In this document: piece by piece, positions 38,705 to 48,400 of the stretch | Layout of the letters: every line of letters starts with the position of its first letter | Numbering within the stretch: position 1 is the stretch's first letter | NCBI GenBank assembly: GCA_041798205.1 | Contig: JBHCAK010000013.1 | Span: forward strand, 13,647-77,646 | Source: Sediminibacterium sp. | GTDB lineage: Bacteria; Bacteroidota; Bacteroidia; Chitinophagales; Chitinophagaceae | Direction of reading: 5' to 3' | DNA: 64,000 nt | The notes under the pieces: model-generated | Database searches by the model: none | What the model was told of the DNA's origin: nothing | Seen by the model: only the letters and a program-made list of their open reading frames with translations | Position numbers and translations under genes: made by a program

Positions 38705-39685
38705 TTAAAAATAGTTTGCTTTCAATTTCAATCCGGCTGTTTCTTCCAGTCCGAATAACAGGTTCATGTTTTGCACTGCTTGTCCGCTCGCACCTTTGAG
38801 CAGATTATCTGTTGCAGTATGTACTGCTATCTTATCACCATGTTTTTCAACATGAATCAGACATTTATTGGTATTCACCACCTGCTTCAGGTCTATCATG
38901 GTATCGCTTACATGGGTAAACGCAGCATTTTTGTAAAAATCCATATACCATTGTTTCACTTCTTCTGAAGAAGCCTTGCAATCGATCACCGAACTCACAT
39001 AAATGCCCCTGGTAAAATCGCCGCGCCAGGGAATAAAATGAACATCTGCCGTATCACTGCCTTGTAATTGTTGCAGGCTTTGACGGATCTCACGTATATG
39101 CTGGTGTTGTAATGTTTTATATGCCTGTACATTATTGGCCCTCCAGCTAAAATGTGACGTAGCATTCAGCCCCTGGCCCGCACCGGTTGATCCGGTAATC
39201 CCGGTGCTATATACATCTGCCAGTATACCCGCCTTGGCCAATGGCAGCAAACCCAATTGTATGGTAGTGGCAAAACAGCCTGGGTTCGCAATGTTTTCTG
39301 CTGCTTTGATCTTTTCCCTGTTCAATTCCGGCAGTCCATAAACAAATTTCCTGTTGCCAATGGATGCTTGCGCCGCCAGCCTGAAATCCTGCGAAAGGTC
39401 AATTACCCTGATCTTTCCCGGAACAGGATGCTGTTCCAGGAATTTCCTGGCATCGCCATGTCCTACACAAAGGAACAGCACATCTATATCATCACTCAGC
39501 GAACCTGTAAAATGAAGGTCTGTTTCACCAGCCAAATCTGCATGTATCTTACTGACCGGGTTGCCTGCATTGCTCATGCTGTGTATGAATACAATGTCAA
39601 CATGGGGATGATTGATCAGCAGGCGAATCATTTCTCCACCTGTATATCCTGCGCCACCAACGATACCCGCTTTGATCTTTTTCAT
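38705..39685 (-). CDS. argC: N-acylglutamyl-phosphate reductase
   Basis: GGAGYTG, ANPGCFAT, GSTGAG, DNLLKGASGQA. Confidence 0.96.
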   Translation of the reverse strand: MKKIKAGIVGGAGYTGGEMIRLLINHPHVDIVFIHSMSNAGNPVSKIHADLAGETDLHFTGSLSDDIDVLFLCVGHGDARKFLEQHPVPGKIRVIDLSQDFRLAAQASIGNRKFVYGLPELNREKIKAAENIANPGCFATTIQLGLLPLAKAGILADVYSTGITGSTGAGQGLNATSHFSWRANNVQAYKTLQHQHIREIRQSLQQLQGSDTADVHFIPWRGDFTRGIYVSSVIDCKASSEEVKQWYMDFYKNAAFTHVSDTMIDLKQVVNTNKCLIHVEKHGDKIAVHTATDNLLKGASGQAVQNMNLLFGLEETAGLKLKANYF

Positions 39686-39688
39686 GAC

Positions 39689-40882
39689 TTACTGGTTGCT
39701 TTCTTTTATATTGTGATAGATAGAGGTCTGATTTCCGAATATCTTCGAAAAACCCCTTACATCTTCTCCGGTCCAGCCATTGTTCATCTCTCCGTACTTA
39801 CCAAATTTGCTGCTCATGAGGTCGTATTTCGATTCAATTCCGATGATCTGAAAATGATAAGGATGCAATTGCACAAACACATCCCCCGTAACATTAGCCT
39901 GTGAATTTTCCAGGTATGCCTCAATATCTCTCATTACAGGGTCAAGGATCTGCCCCTCATGTAACCAGTTGCCATAGAACTGCGCCAGTTGGTCTTTCCA
40001 ACTCAACTGCCATTTGGTTAATACGTGTTTTTCCAGCGCATGGTGCGCTTTCAATATCACCATTGGCGCTGCAGCTTCAAAACCAACCCGGCCTTTGATA
40101 CCGATGATGGTATCGCCTACGTGTATGTCTCTGCCAACGCCATAAGCACCGGCAATGGTTTGCAGGTATTGAATGGCCTGTGACGGATGATCGAATGGCT
40201 GGTCATTCACCATTTTCAATTCCCCCTTTACAAAACCCAGCTTCACTTCTTCAGAACCTGTTTTGCTAACCTGGGTAGGCCAGGCTTCTTCGGGCAACAT
40301 GCCTTTCGAATGCAGCGTTTCTTTGCCGCCAACGCTGGTTCCCCAGAGTCCTTTATTGATAGAGTAAGCGGCTTTGGCAAAATTCATTTCCACTCCTTTA
40401 GATTTCAGGTAGTCTATCTCTTCTTCCCTGCTCAACCTCAGGTCCCGTATGGGGGTAATGATCTCCACACCGGGAATCATGATATGGAAAATCATGTCAA
40501 AACGAACCTGGTCATTGCCCGCACCCGTACTTCCATGCACTACCGCAGCAGCATTCAGTTTTTTGGCATGTTCGGCAATATGCAAAGCCTGACTCAGGCG
40601 CTCGGCACTCACACTAAGCGGATAAGTATTGTTTTTCAGCACATTTCCAAATACCAGGTATTTAATGATACTGTCGTAATAGCTTTTTACAGCATTTACA
40701 GTAGTATGTGTTTTTACACCCAGCTTATACGCATGCTGTTCTATCTGTTTTAATTCCGCTTCATTGAAACCACCTGTATTGACTATTACACTGTGTACTT
40801 CATATCCCTTCTCCTCTGTGAGGTATTTCACACAATACGAAGTATCGAGACCGCCGCTGAATCCAAGAACTACTTTTTGCAT
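39689..40882 (-). CDS. argG: argininosuccinate synthase
   Basis: GFSGGLDTS, HGSTGAGNDQVRF, GRVGFEAAA. Confidence 0.96.
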   Translation of the reverse strand: MQKVVLGFSGGLDTSYCVKYLTEEKGYEVHSVIVNTGGFNEAELKQIEQHAYKLGVKTHTTVNAVKSYYDSIIKYLVFGNVLKNNTYPLSVSAERLSQALHIAEHAKKLNAAAVVHGSTGAGNDQVRFDMIFHIMIPGVEIITPIRDLRLSREEEIDYLKSKGVEMNFAKAAYSINKGLWGTSVGGKETLHSKGMLPEEAWPTQVSKTGSEEVKLGFVKGELKMVNDQPFDHPSQAIQYLQTIAGAYGVGRDIHVGDTIIGIKGRVGFEAAAPMVILKAHHALEKHVLTKWQLSWKDQLAQFYGNWLHEGQILDPVMRDIEAYLENSQANVTGDVFVQLHPYHFQIIGIESKYDLMSSKFGKYGEMNNGWTGEDVRGFSKIFGNQTSIYHNIKESNQ

Positions 40883-40905
40883 TTTATATCTGGTTTTGAA
40901 AATGA

Positions 40906-41616
40906 TTATAGGTGAAAGAAATAATGAAAAAATGATTTAGGCTTGCTCTCAGAACCAGATCCCCCGTTCTCTTTTTTTCTGAACAGGTTTAATAACCTGC
41001 TTTGTTTGATTTTCATGAACCTTTCCCAAAGCTTCGATTTGCTGTTGAACTCTTTGGTGGTTTCCTCCGGTGTATAATGGTCTGCCGGATCGTAGAGCAT
41101 GGCTGTACACATGCAGTTCTTCCTGTCTTTGCTCATCAGGATATCGTAATTGACACAGCTCTTACAGCCAGCCCAGAATTCTTCATCATCTGTGAGTTCA
41201 CTATAAGTAACCGGTTCATAACCCAGTTCGCTATTGATTTTCATTACAGCCAGCCCGGTGGTTAACCCAAATATTTTTGCATTCGGGTACTTTTCCCTCG
41301 ACAGATTGAAAATGGTTCGCTTGATGAGTTTGGCCACCCCGCTTTTCCTGAAAGGGGGCGCAACGATCAGTCCGCTGTTGGCAACAAACTGTTCATGTCC
41401 CCATGCTTCAATATAGCAAAACCCCACCCAGGTGCCATCTGGCAACAAAGCGATCACAGCCTTTCCCTCGGTCATTTTTTGGGCAACATAATCAGGACTC
41501 CGTTTGGCAATCCCGGTACCACGCGCTTTGGCAGATGCTTCCATCTCATCAGTGATGGTTTGCGCATAGTGTGTGTCGCCACTATTGGCTACACGGACTA
41601 TAATATTTTGTTCCAA
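40906..41616 (-). CDS. GNAT-family acyltransferase, first gene of the arg operon (TTG start)
   Basis: GFCYIE, SGLIVAPPFRKSGVA (acyl-CoA motif A), FWAGCKSC...CMCTAM; operon position. Confidence 0.85.
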   Translation of the reverse strand: MEQNIIVRVANSGDTHYAQTITDEMEASAKARGTGIAKRSPDYVAQKMTEGKAVIALLPDGTWVGFCYIEAWGHEQFVANSGLIVAPPFRKSGVAKLIKRTIFNLSREKYPNAKIFGLTTGLAVMKINSELGYEPVTYSELTDDEEFWAGCKSCVNYDILMSKDRKNCMCTAMLYDPADHYTPEETTKEFNSKSKLWERFMKIKQSRLLNLFRKKENGGSGSESKPKSFFHYFFHL

Positions 41617-41680
41617 CTTGAGAAAATTAATAAGTGAAAAAGAAACACTTTTCTATCGAAGATTTCCGGGGGATTTTCCA

Positions 41681-41716
41681 CTGATAGGGGCAAGTGCCAG
41701 TTGCTCGTCCTATCAG
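41681..41716 (-). promoter_or_regulatory. leader hairpin CTGATAGG...CCTATCAG (8-bp stem plus inner 4-bp stem)
   Basis: Perfect 8-bp inverted repeat with an internal GCAA/TTGC stem; overlaps the leader-peptide stop codon. Confidence 0.6.
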
Positions 41717-41784
41717 CAACCACGTCGGGGAGAGGGGTTACTGAGACGTGCAACCAAATTAATATGTGTAAACACTTGTTTCAC
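41713..41784 (-). CDS. putative arg-operon leader peptide MKQVFTHINLVARLSNPSPRRGC (23 aa, GTG start)
   Basis: Manual translation; Arg codons CGT, CGA, CGT with the CGA-CGT pair two codons before the TGA. Confidence 0.55.
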   Translation of the reverse strand: MKQVFTHINLVARLSNPSPRRGC

Positions 41785-41846
41785 TTGTTGAATGCCTTTT
41801 CAGTGATTTGAAGGTGTAAAATTAGTATAGTTTGCAATAAATCTGC

Positions 41847-41868
41847 CCAAATTTTTATGAAAATTTGG
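41847..41868. promoter_or_regulatory. palindrome CCAAATTTT-TATG-AAAATTTGG upstream of the arg leader
   Basis: Perfect 9-bp arms with a 4-nt spacer, between the upstream terminator and the leader ORF. Confidence 0.4.
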
Positions 41869-41911
41869 TTAAGGGGCAGTAGAACACTCGGACTTACGCC
41901 TGTTAGCATGT

Positions 41912-41940
41912 AAAAAGCCGCCCTGCATAAGCAAAGCGGC
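41912..41940 (-). terminator. intrinsic terminator of the outer-membrane protein gene
   Basis: Minus strand GCCGCTTTGC-TTAT-GCAGGGCGGC (10-bp stem with 2 G-U pairs) followed by TTTTT. Confidence 0.8.
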
Positions 41941-41967
41941 CTGGGGATATATACAAGCAACACATGA

Positions 41968-44835
41968 CTATTCAATGCCACCGGGCCTTCCGCCACCCAT
42001 CTGCATCATCTCCCCCACTTTTCTTTCATTACCCCTGAAAAACTGGTGCATGGGGTTGTTATCGTGGTCGCCACGCTGCTGGCTCCCTGCTCCGAAGCGA
42101 CGCAGGTTATAAGTAAAGCTGATCATAAAATAGCGGGTCAGTATTTTATTCCGCACATCCTGCCAGCCGGTGCCGGTAACCTGGCGGGTAAGCGCTACAT
42201 TCTGGTTAAGCAAATCGAAAACATAGAACTTTAATTCGCCTGCTTTGTTCTTCAACATTTGTTTTGACAGACTGACATTCCACAAAGGGATGCTGGTATT
42301 GAAACCTGTACTGCGTCCGCTGCTGTAAGTATAGGCAAAATCGGCAGACAGTATCCATCCATTCCTGGTATAATAAGTGGCTTCGGTAGTAGCTTCCTGT
42401 GTGAGTGTATTGTTATCCTGTTCAGGTTTCAACGTATACCTCGCCATAGTATAAGTGGACGTATAGAAAAAGTTCATGTCAAAATTGTCTTTCAGATTAG
42501 TGGTCCAGGCAATGGTTCCGCCCAATGAATGGTTACGGGTATAATTGCTGAGCCCATTGATCAATGTCTGGCTCTGGCTGCCCGACAGGTTGGCCCGGAG
42601 ATTCATGTTGCTTTTGGGCGATTTCATCTGGAAGCCGTAATTGAAAAAACCATTGATGTTATAGGTGCCATCAAGGTTAACGGGCTTTACCATCTGTCCT
42701 CCGTTGGCCAGCAATGTGGTAGCATTCTCGATATCATGCTCCACCACGCTGGCATTCACCGTAGCAAAAATGAGTTTTCCATTGGCAGCATCATAAGAAT
42801 TATACAACATCCGGAAACTATGCGTGAATTGCTGCTTCAAATCAGGATTACCCACTTTGATGTTCAACGGGTTACTGTTGTCAACCACAGGTTGTAACTG
42901 GTCGATACCGGGCTGTCCTGTTCTTCCATTATAAAAAAACCTGAGGTTGCGGGTCTTGCTGAATGCATAACTAAAATTAGCTGTGGGTGAAAGGTTCACA
43001 TAATCTTGCGCAAGCGTGCTGTCTTTGGTAAGGTTATGGCTGCTGCGATTACCTAATTGCAGTCCCGATCCTATACTGAAATTCATTTTTGCATTCTGAA
43101 TCCGGTAGTTCAGTGAAAAACGACTGGCCTGGTAGGTATTTTCAAAAATATTACTCAGGTTCACAACGGGTAAATCATAATTGTCCGAAACTTTGTTATA
43201 ATTGTAGGTATGCTTTCCCGACGTGTTCCTATTGCCTGAATAATTATAATTCAGTTCGATGAGTTGATGCTTGTCTATCGGTTCTGTATAGGAAACTGTT
43301 GTACTGATACTCCTGGTTTCGGGATTGCTATTGTATACCTGATTTATGGTATCGACCCGTTCAGGCCTGTTAAAATTGGCAAATGTGTGCGTAACAGAAT
43401 TATTGGTACCCGAACCATTGTTCGTATTATGACCCAGGTTCAGGTTCAAAGAAAATGTGCGGCCTCTTTTGGCAAACCTGTGGCGGAATGTGGCATCTAT
43501 TGAAGCATTATATCCCGTGTTGGTACGGGTAGTTCGGAAAACAGAATTACTGATATCTACCAAACTACCTCCCTTACCGCTTCCATAAGAAACATTGGTT
43601 TGACCTGATTCGGTATTGGTTTGCTGAAAACTGATATTGGGTCTGACGATCAATGAATTGCTTGAGTCGAACTGATGTTCGATGTTGAGATCTATACGAT
43701 GGTTTTTGTTGTGTGTAGCTGAAGACTGGTATGACCTGGTGAAAATAGATGAATCCGGAGTCTGTGTGAGCGTTTGCGCATAGCTGTTCTGTTCCCGGTA
43801 AGTACGCTGGTCGTTGTAAAAATAGCTGCCCGATACCTGTGTTTTCCGGCCCCAGGTATCCTTGAAATTGGCGCCTCCTGCCCAGGTATTGACCAGGCCG
43901 CCCCCGCCCATTCCTGCTCCCCCACGATTGACTGCCCCGCCCAATCCACCACCACCTAATGAGCCAAGTATGTCCTTTATCGTGAAATTTTGTTTGTTTG
44001 TATTATTGCCTTGCCCCAGTAAAGTGATCTGTTGGTCGCCATTCATCCGGCTCAGGTTAAAACTGTTGTCGTATAATCCTTCTTCCGTATTCGCACCAAA
44101 ACCGGTCGATGCCTTGCCAAAATATCCTCTCCGCTTATCTTTTCGTGTGGTAATATTGATGGTCTTGACCCTATTGCCATCATCAAAGCCTGTAAAAGCA
44201 CTCTGGTCACTCAGGGCATCGAATATTTGTATCTTATCAATGATATCCGGAGGCAGGTTTTTAGTTGCCATTTTAGGATCGTCACCAAAGAATTTTTTCC
44301 CGTCTACCAATATCCTTTGTACCTGTTCACCCTGCGCTTTCACATTTCCATCCTTATCCACTTCCATACCGGGTATTTTTTTCAATAGATCTTCAGTCAC
44401 TGCATTGGGCTTGGTCTTAAAAGCAGAAGCATTCACCTCCAACGTATCCTTTTTCATTTGTATCGGCGACTGTGTAACTGTTACCATGCCCAGGTCATTG
44501 GCAGCCTGTTTCAGGTAAATCGTTCCCAGGTTTACAGCAGTATTATTTTTTGAAAAACTCAACCTGCGGGTAAAAGTTTCATAGCCCTGAAAATTGATAC
44601 GCACCAGCATGTCGCCGAAAGGAATACCACTGACAGAGAAAGTTCCGTCGGGCCTGGTAAGACTATATGCTTCAATCGAAGAATCTCGCACACCAAGAAC
44701 AGTAACAGATGCATCCTTCATTGATTGTTTCGCAACTGTATCCACCAGTTTCCCACTGATACTTGCAGTGGATTGCGCTACAACGCCTGCCGAAGAGAAC
44801 AATAGTCCGATAACTATTAAGAATGATCTGCTCAT
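41968..44835 (-). CDS. outer-membrane beta-barrel protein with N-terminal carboxypeptidase-regulatory-like domain (TonB-receptor-like)
   Basis: Signal MSRSFLIVIGLLFSSAGVVAQ (start 44835); EDLLKKIPG, ILVDGKKFF, IDKIQIFD plug-like motifs; GNPDLK; C-terminal YFMISFTYNL. Confidence 0.85.
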   Translation of the reverse strand: MSRSFLIVIGLLFSSAGVVAQSTASISGKLVDTVAKQSMKDASVTVLGVRDSSIEAYSLTRPDGTFSVSGIPFGDMLVRINFQGYETFTRRLSFSKNNTAVNLGTIYLKQAANDLGMVTVTQSPIQMKKDTLEVNASAFKTKPNAVTEDLLKKIPGMEVDKDGNVKAQGEQVQRILVDGKKFFGDDPKMATKNLPPDIIDKIQIFDALSDQSAFTGFDDGNRVKTINITTRKDKRRGYFGKASTGFGANTEEGLYDNSFNLSRMNGDQQITLLGQGNNTNKQNFTIKDILGSLGGGGLGGAVNRGGAGMGGGGLVNTWAGGANFKDTWGRKTQVSGSYFYNDQRTYREQNSYAQTLTQTPDSSIFTRSYQSSATHNKNHRIDLNIEHQFDSSNSLIVRPNISFQQTNTESGQTNVSYGSGKGGSLVDISNSVFRTTRTNTGYNASIDATFRHRFAKRGRTFSLNLNLGHNTNNGSGTNNSVTHTFANFNRPERVDTINQVYNSNPETRSISTTVSYTEPIDKHQLIELNYNYSGNRNTSGKHTYNYNKVSDNYDLPVVNLSNIFENTYQASRFSLNYRIQNAKMNFSIGSGLQLGNRSSHNLTKDSTLAQDYVNLSPTANFSYAFSKTRNLRFFYNGRTGQPGIDQLQPVVDNSNPLNIKVGNPDLKQQFTHSFRMLYNSYDAANGKLIFATVNASVVEHDIENATTLLANGGQMVKPVNLDGTYNINGFFNYGFQMKSPKSNMNLRANLSGSQSQTLINGLSNYTRNHSLGGTIAWTTNLKDNFDMNFFYTSTYTMARYTLKPEQDNNTLTQEATTEATYYTRNGWILSADFAYTYSSGRSTGFNTSIPLWNVSLSKQMLKNKAGELKFYVFDLLNQNVALTRQVTGTGWQDVRNKILTRYFMISFTYNLRRFGAGSQQRGDHDNNPMHQFFRGNERKVGEMMQMGGGRPGGIE

Positions 44836-45097
44836 AAGCTGCTGATTCAATATAACAAACGAATGTTTTCTCCTTAACCAGGCAGCAGGGTTTAGTCGAT
44901 GCAGATGGAAAACTACTGTTATAACTGGTAATCTCATCAAATAATCGGTGAAATAAAGCACAAAAAGGGCGGTCGCGAAACAGTCGGGACAAATTCGGAT
45001 TTGCCTACCGATTTGTTAAGAAATAGAAAATATGCTGCAGGTACAGTATTTTTACAGTCTCAATACCTGCATTTTTTAACCACAACAACACGTAAAG

Positions 45098-45436
45098 ATG
45101 AGAAAGCCATTTCATGCTTATCCCTTTTTGATTGCAAGCGTAGTTCTGGCCGCTTGTTTTTTCACCAGTTCCTGTTCCAATAACACACATGCCGAAGCAG
45201 AAAAGAAAGACAGTTCCGGCACACATAAAGACATCATGAGTCCTGAATTCAGGTTCACTGCAGAAATACTGGACAACAAGAAAGATCCTTCCTGCGGCAT
45301 GCCTGTAACTGCCGGCGTTTCCGATACCGCGCATTATCACGGTAAAGTGATCGGATTCTGTTCAAAAGAATGCAAAGATGAGTTTTTGAAGAGCCCTGAT
45401 AAATACATTACAGTTGCGGAAATGAAAACAAAATAA
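45098..45436 (+). CDS. YHS/TRASH-domain lipoprotein
   Basis: Hydrophobic N-terminus with TSSC lipobox; DPSCGM...YHGKVIGFCSKECK. Confidence 0.8.
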   Translation: MRKPFHAYPFLIASVVLAACFFTSSCSNNTHAEAEKKDSSGTHKDIMSPEFRFTAEILDNKKDPSCGMPVTAGVSDTAHYHGKVIGFCSKECKDEFLKSPDKYITVAEMKTK

Positions 45437-45449
45437 GTGGTCTGATTAT

Positions 45450-45488
45450 AAAATGCCATTCAGTAAATCACCTGCTGAATGGCATTTT
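45450..45488. terminator. bidirectional intrinsic terminator between convergent genes
   Basis: 14-bp perfect inverted repeat AAAATGCCATTCAG / CTGAATGGCATTTT with A/T tails on both sides. Confidence 0.85.
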
Positions 45489-45490
45489 TA

Positions 45491-48400
45491 TTAGCTGAAA
45501 AGGTATTCCACGTCTTCCCTGGTAAGACTCTTCACAAAGCCTTCGTCGTCGGTAATTAATTCTCTTGCCAGGCTGCGTTTTCTTTCCTGTAACTTAAGGA
45601 TCTTGTCCTCCACGGTATCTGTACAGATCATCCGGTAAGCAAAAATATTTTTGGTTTGCCCAATGCGGTGGGTTCGGTCAATCGCCTGTTGTTCCACAGC
45701 CGGGTTCCACCAGGGATCTACAATGTATACATAATCAGCAGCAGTAAGGTTCAAGCCCACACCTCCTGCTTTCAATGAAATGAGAAAGACACGGCAATTC
45801 TCATCGTTCTGAAAACGATGGATGGCTCTTTCCCTTTCCGCTACCGTACTGCTTCCGTCGAAATATTCATAATCAACACCCAGTTCTTTCATTTTTTCTT
45901 TGATCAGTGCCAACATGCCCAGGAACTGCGAGAACACCAATGCTTTGTGGTTACTGATGTTTTCGGTGATCTCCCGTCCAATCTCTTCCAGCTTTACTGA
46001 AACATTGGGATATCGTTCGTCTTCTTTCACAATAGCGGGACTATCACAAATCTGTCTCAATTTCATCAGCCCCTGTAAAATGGTGAGCTGTGATTTTTGT
46101 ATGCCCTGGTTCTCTACAACACCCAATATCTTATCGCGGTAATCGTTTCGGTAGGCGTCGTATATCCTTCGCTGTTCTTCTCCCATTTCGCAGAACAGTA
46201 CCATCTCTTGTTTCTCGGGCAGGTCTTTGGCCACTTGTTCCTTGGTTCGGCGAAGGATAAAAGGGTATAATAGTTTGCGCAGGTGTTCTTTTTGTTCCTT
46301 TTCGCCGAATTTATCGATCGGGATCGAGAACTCCTGCTTGAAAAATTCTACGCTGCCCAACATGCCCGGGTTAAGAAAATTCATCTGGGCATAAATATCA
46401 AATGTATTGTTTTGCAGAGGGGTACCACTCAGGCATAACCGGTTCTTTGCCCTCAGCAGTCCCGCCGCCTTGGTTACCTTACTACCCGGATTTTTAATGG
46501 CCTGACTTTCGTCGAGTATCACATAATCGAATTGTATCTCTGCAAATTGTCTGATATCGCTTCTCAAAGTGCCATAGGTGGTAATGATCACATCAACACC
46601 ATCCACTACCAGGTTTTCTTTCGACCTGCTACCGCCGTGGTGGATATTAAAACTGAGCGTAGGTGTAAATTTGGTGATCTCGTTCTGCCAGTTGTACATA
46701 AGTGTAGTGGGACAAATCACCAGTGCCTTGATATTGGCATTTTCTTCTTTGAGATGATGGAGGAAACTCAATGCCTGTATGGTTTTACCCAAACCCATAT
46801 CATCTGCCAGTATGCCCCCCCCATTGTACTTCGCGCAGGTAGTTGAGCCATTGAAAGCCACTTTCCTGGTATGGGCGCAGGATCGACTTCAGGTGGGCCG
46901 GTGCTGGTATTTCCTTGATGGAATGGTTGTCGCGCAGCCTGTCGTACTTTTCCTCCAGCTGGAAAGAAAGTTCTTCCTCATCCCGTTGGAGGTATAACTC
47001 TTCTATGATGCTGAAATGATATTTGCTCAGCTTCATGGTGCCTGTTTTACCTTCACCTACGCGGAATAACAGCGAATATTTTTTGATCCATTCTTCCGGA
47101 AGAATACCCAGGGTGCCGTCGTTAAGCTGTACAAACTGTTGTTTGTTGGCCAGCGCTTTTTTCACTTCATCAACCGTTACTTTCTGTTCCCCGAACTGTA
47201 TCTGCACTTTGGCATCGAACCAGTCGGTATTGCTGCTGATGAAGATTTTAGTGGAAGGCTTGGCTGTATTGAAGCGAAATCGCTTCAGCGCTTCAAATCC
47301 ATACACCGGAACATTCATTTCATTCGCCGCATCCACGAAAAGGAAGAACCAGTTATTTTTCAGCACTTCTGTTCCTTTCAATGCCAATACATCGCTATCT
47401 ACGGGTTTCACAAAATGAGAGTGCAGCGATTCTATCTTCTGTACAAATTCCTTCTCTGCTTCCAGGTTCCTGTAGATCACCAGTAGTTTATCTGCGATGG
47501 GCAAAATGATCTTCTCTTTATCAGTGCTGCGCACATCGTAGCCCTTGTAAGTAAAAACAGGCTGGAAAAGCAGGTAATCTCCCTTCTCTTTCAGTACCAC
47601 TTTCATTTCTGGTTTGATATCCTTCACCTCTTCTTTCTGCACATTACTGAAATGAACATTGTATTCCTTGGAAAGCGGTAGGATGAATTGCTGCAATTGT
47701 ACCGCCCAGTCCTCCGCAGCAATGGTCATCTTACCAACAGGCAGAAATTTTTCAAGCACAATGATATCCTCCGTCCGGTTCCAGGTAAAGAACTGGTTAT
47801 GGTATTGGAAGAGTAACGCGGAACCATTTTCGTTATCGGCGATATTGAGGTTTGCAAGGGGTAATTTTACCCTGCATTCAACCACATACTGATGATTGCT
47901 GTAATTCACTTCAAACTCAGGACTGATGAATTGCGTTGCCAGTTCTGCCTGTTGCATATTGGCAGTAGTGAACGCTTTTCCTTGTGGCAGAAAGAAAACA
48001 AAAACGCTGTCGGACAGATCAAGAAAGAGTTTTTTTATTTTGGGATGAAGGTATTCATTGATCAGGTGCCTGGTCTCTTCCGGCAATTCATCATTGTGCT
48101 GCTGGATGATATTTTCCCAGATGCCGCTGAAAGGTGAATTCCTGTTCAGGTAACGATTCACTTCAGCTGGCAATAATTTACGCAGTTGCTGCAGCAGCAT
48201 TTTATCTTCTTCGCCGAAAGCTTCCGTATTGATGTATTTACCCAGATCGAGTTTCGCAACCTTGCCAGCATAGTGCTCGCCTGTTTCGTCTGCTTCTCCC
48301 TGCACTGCATCCAGTTGCGTGTAAGGATATTGCTGTTCACTGGAGTTGATCACAATACCCAGTTTCAGCAGTTGTCTCTCTGTTTCTTCTTCCTCTTCCA

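Noticed and set aside
41781-41996. 71-aa minus-strand ORF upstream of the arg leader, and 72-aa + strand ORF 41573-41791
   Set aside because: The first crosses a clear terminator and promoter region; the second is antisense to the leader. Neither has recognisable features.
44836-44961. Extended N-termini in the ORF track (also 17017-17064, 30407-30427, 49251-49304, 50107-50253, 52441-52518, 56886-56960, 61529-61603)
   Set aside because: They run through promoter elements or precede obvious signal peptides or family starts; downstream ATGs were used.
44961-45030. Minus-strand CGGT...AAATCCG...GTCCCGACTGT...GACCGCC faintly resembling a cobalamin riboswitch core upstream of the outer-membrane protein
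   Set aside because: The GGGAA element and the spacing needed for the B12 box are missing. An Infernal search against Rfam cobalamin models would settle it; unsupported by eye.
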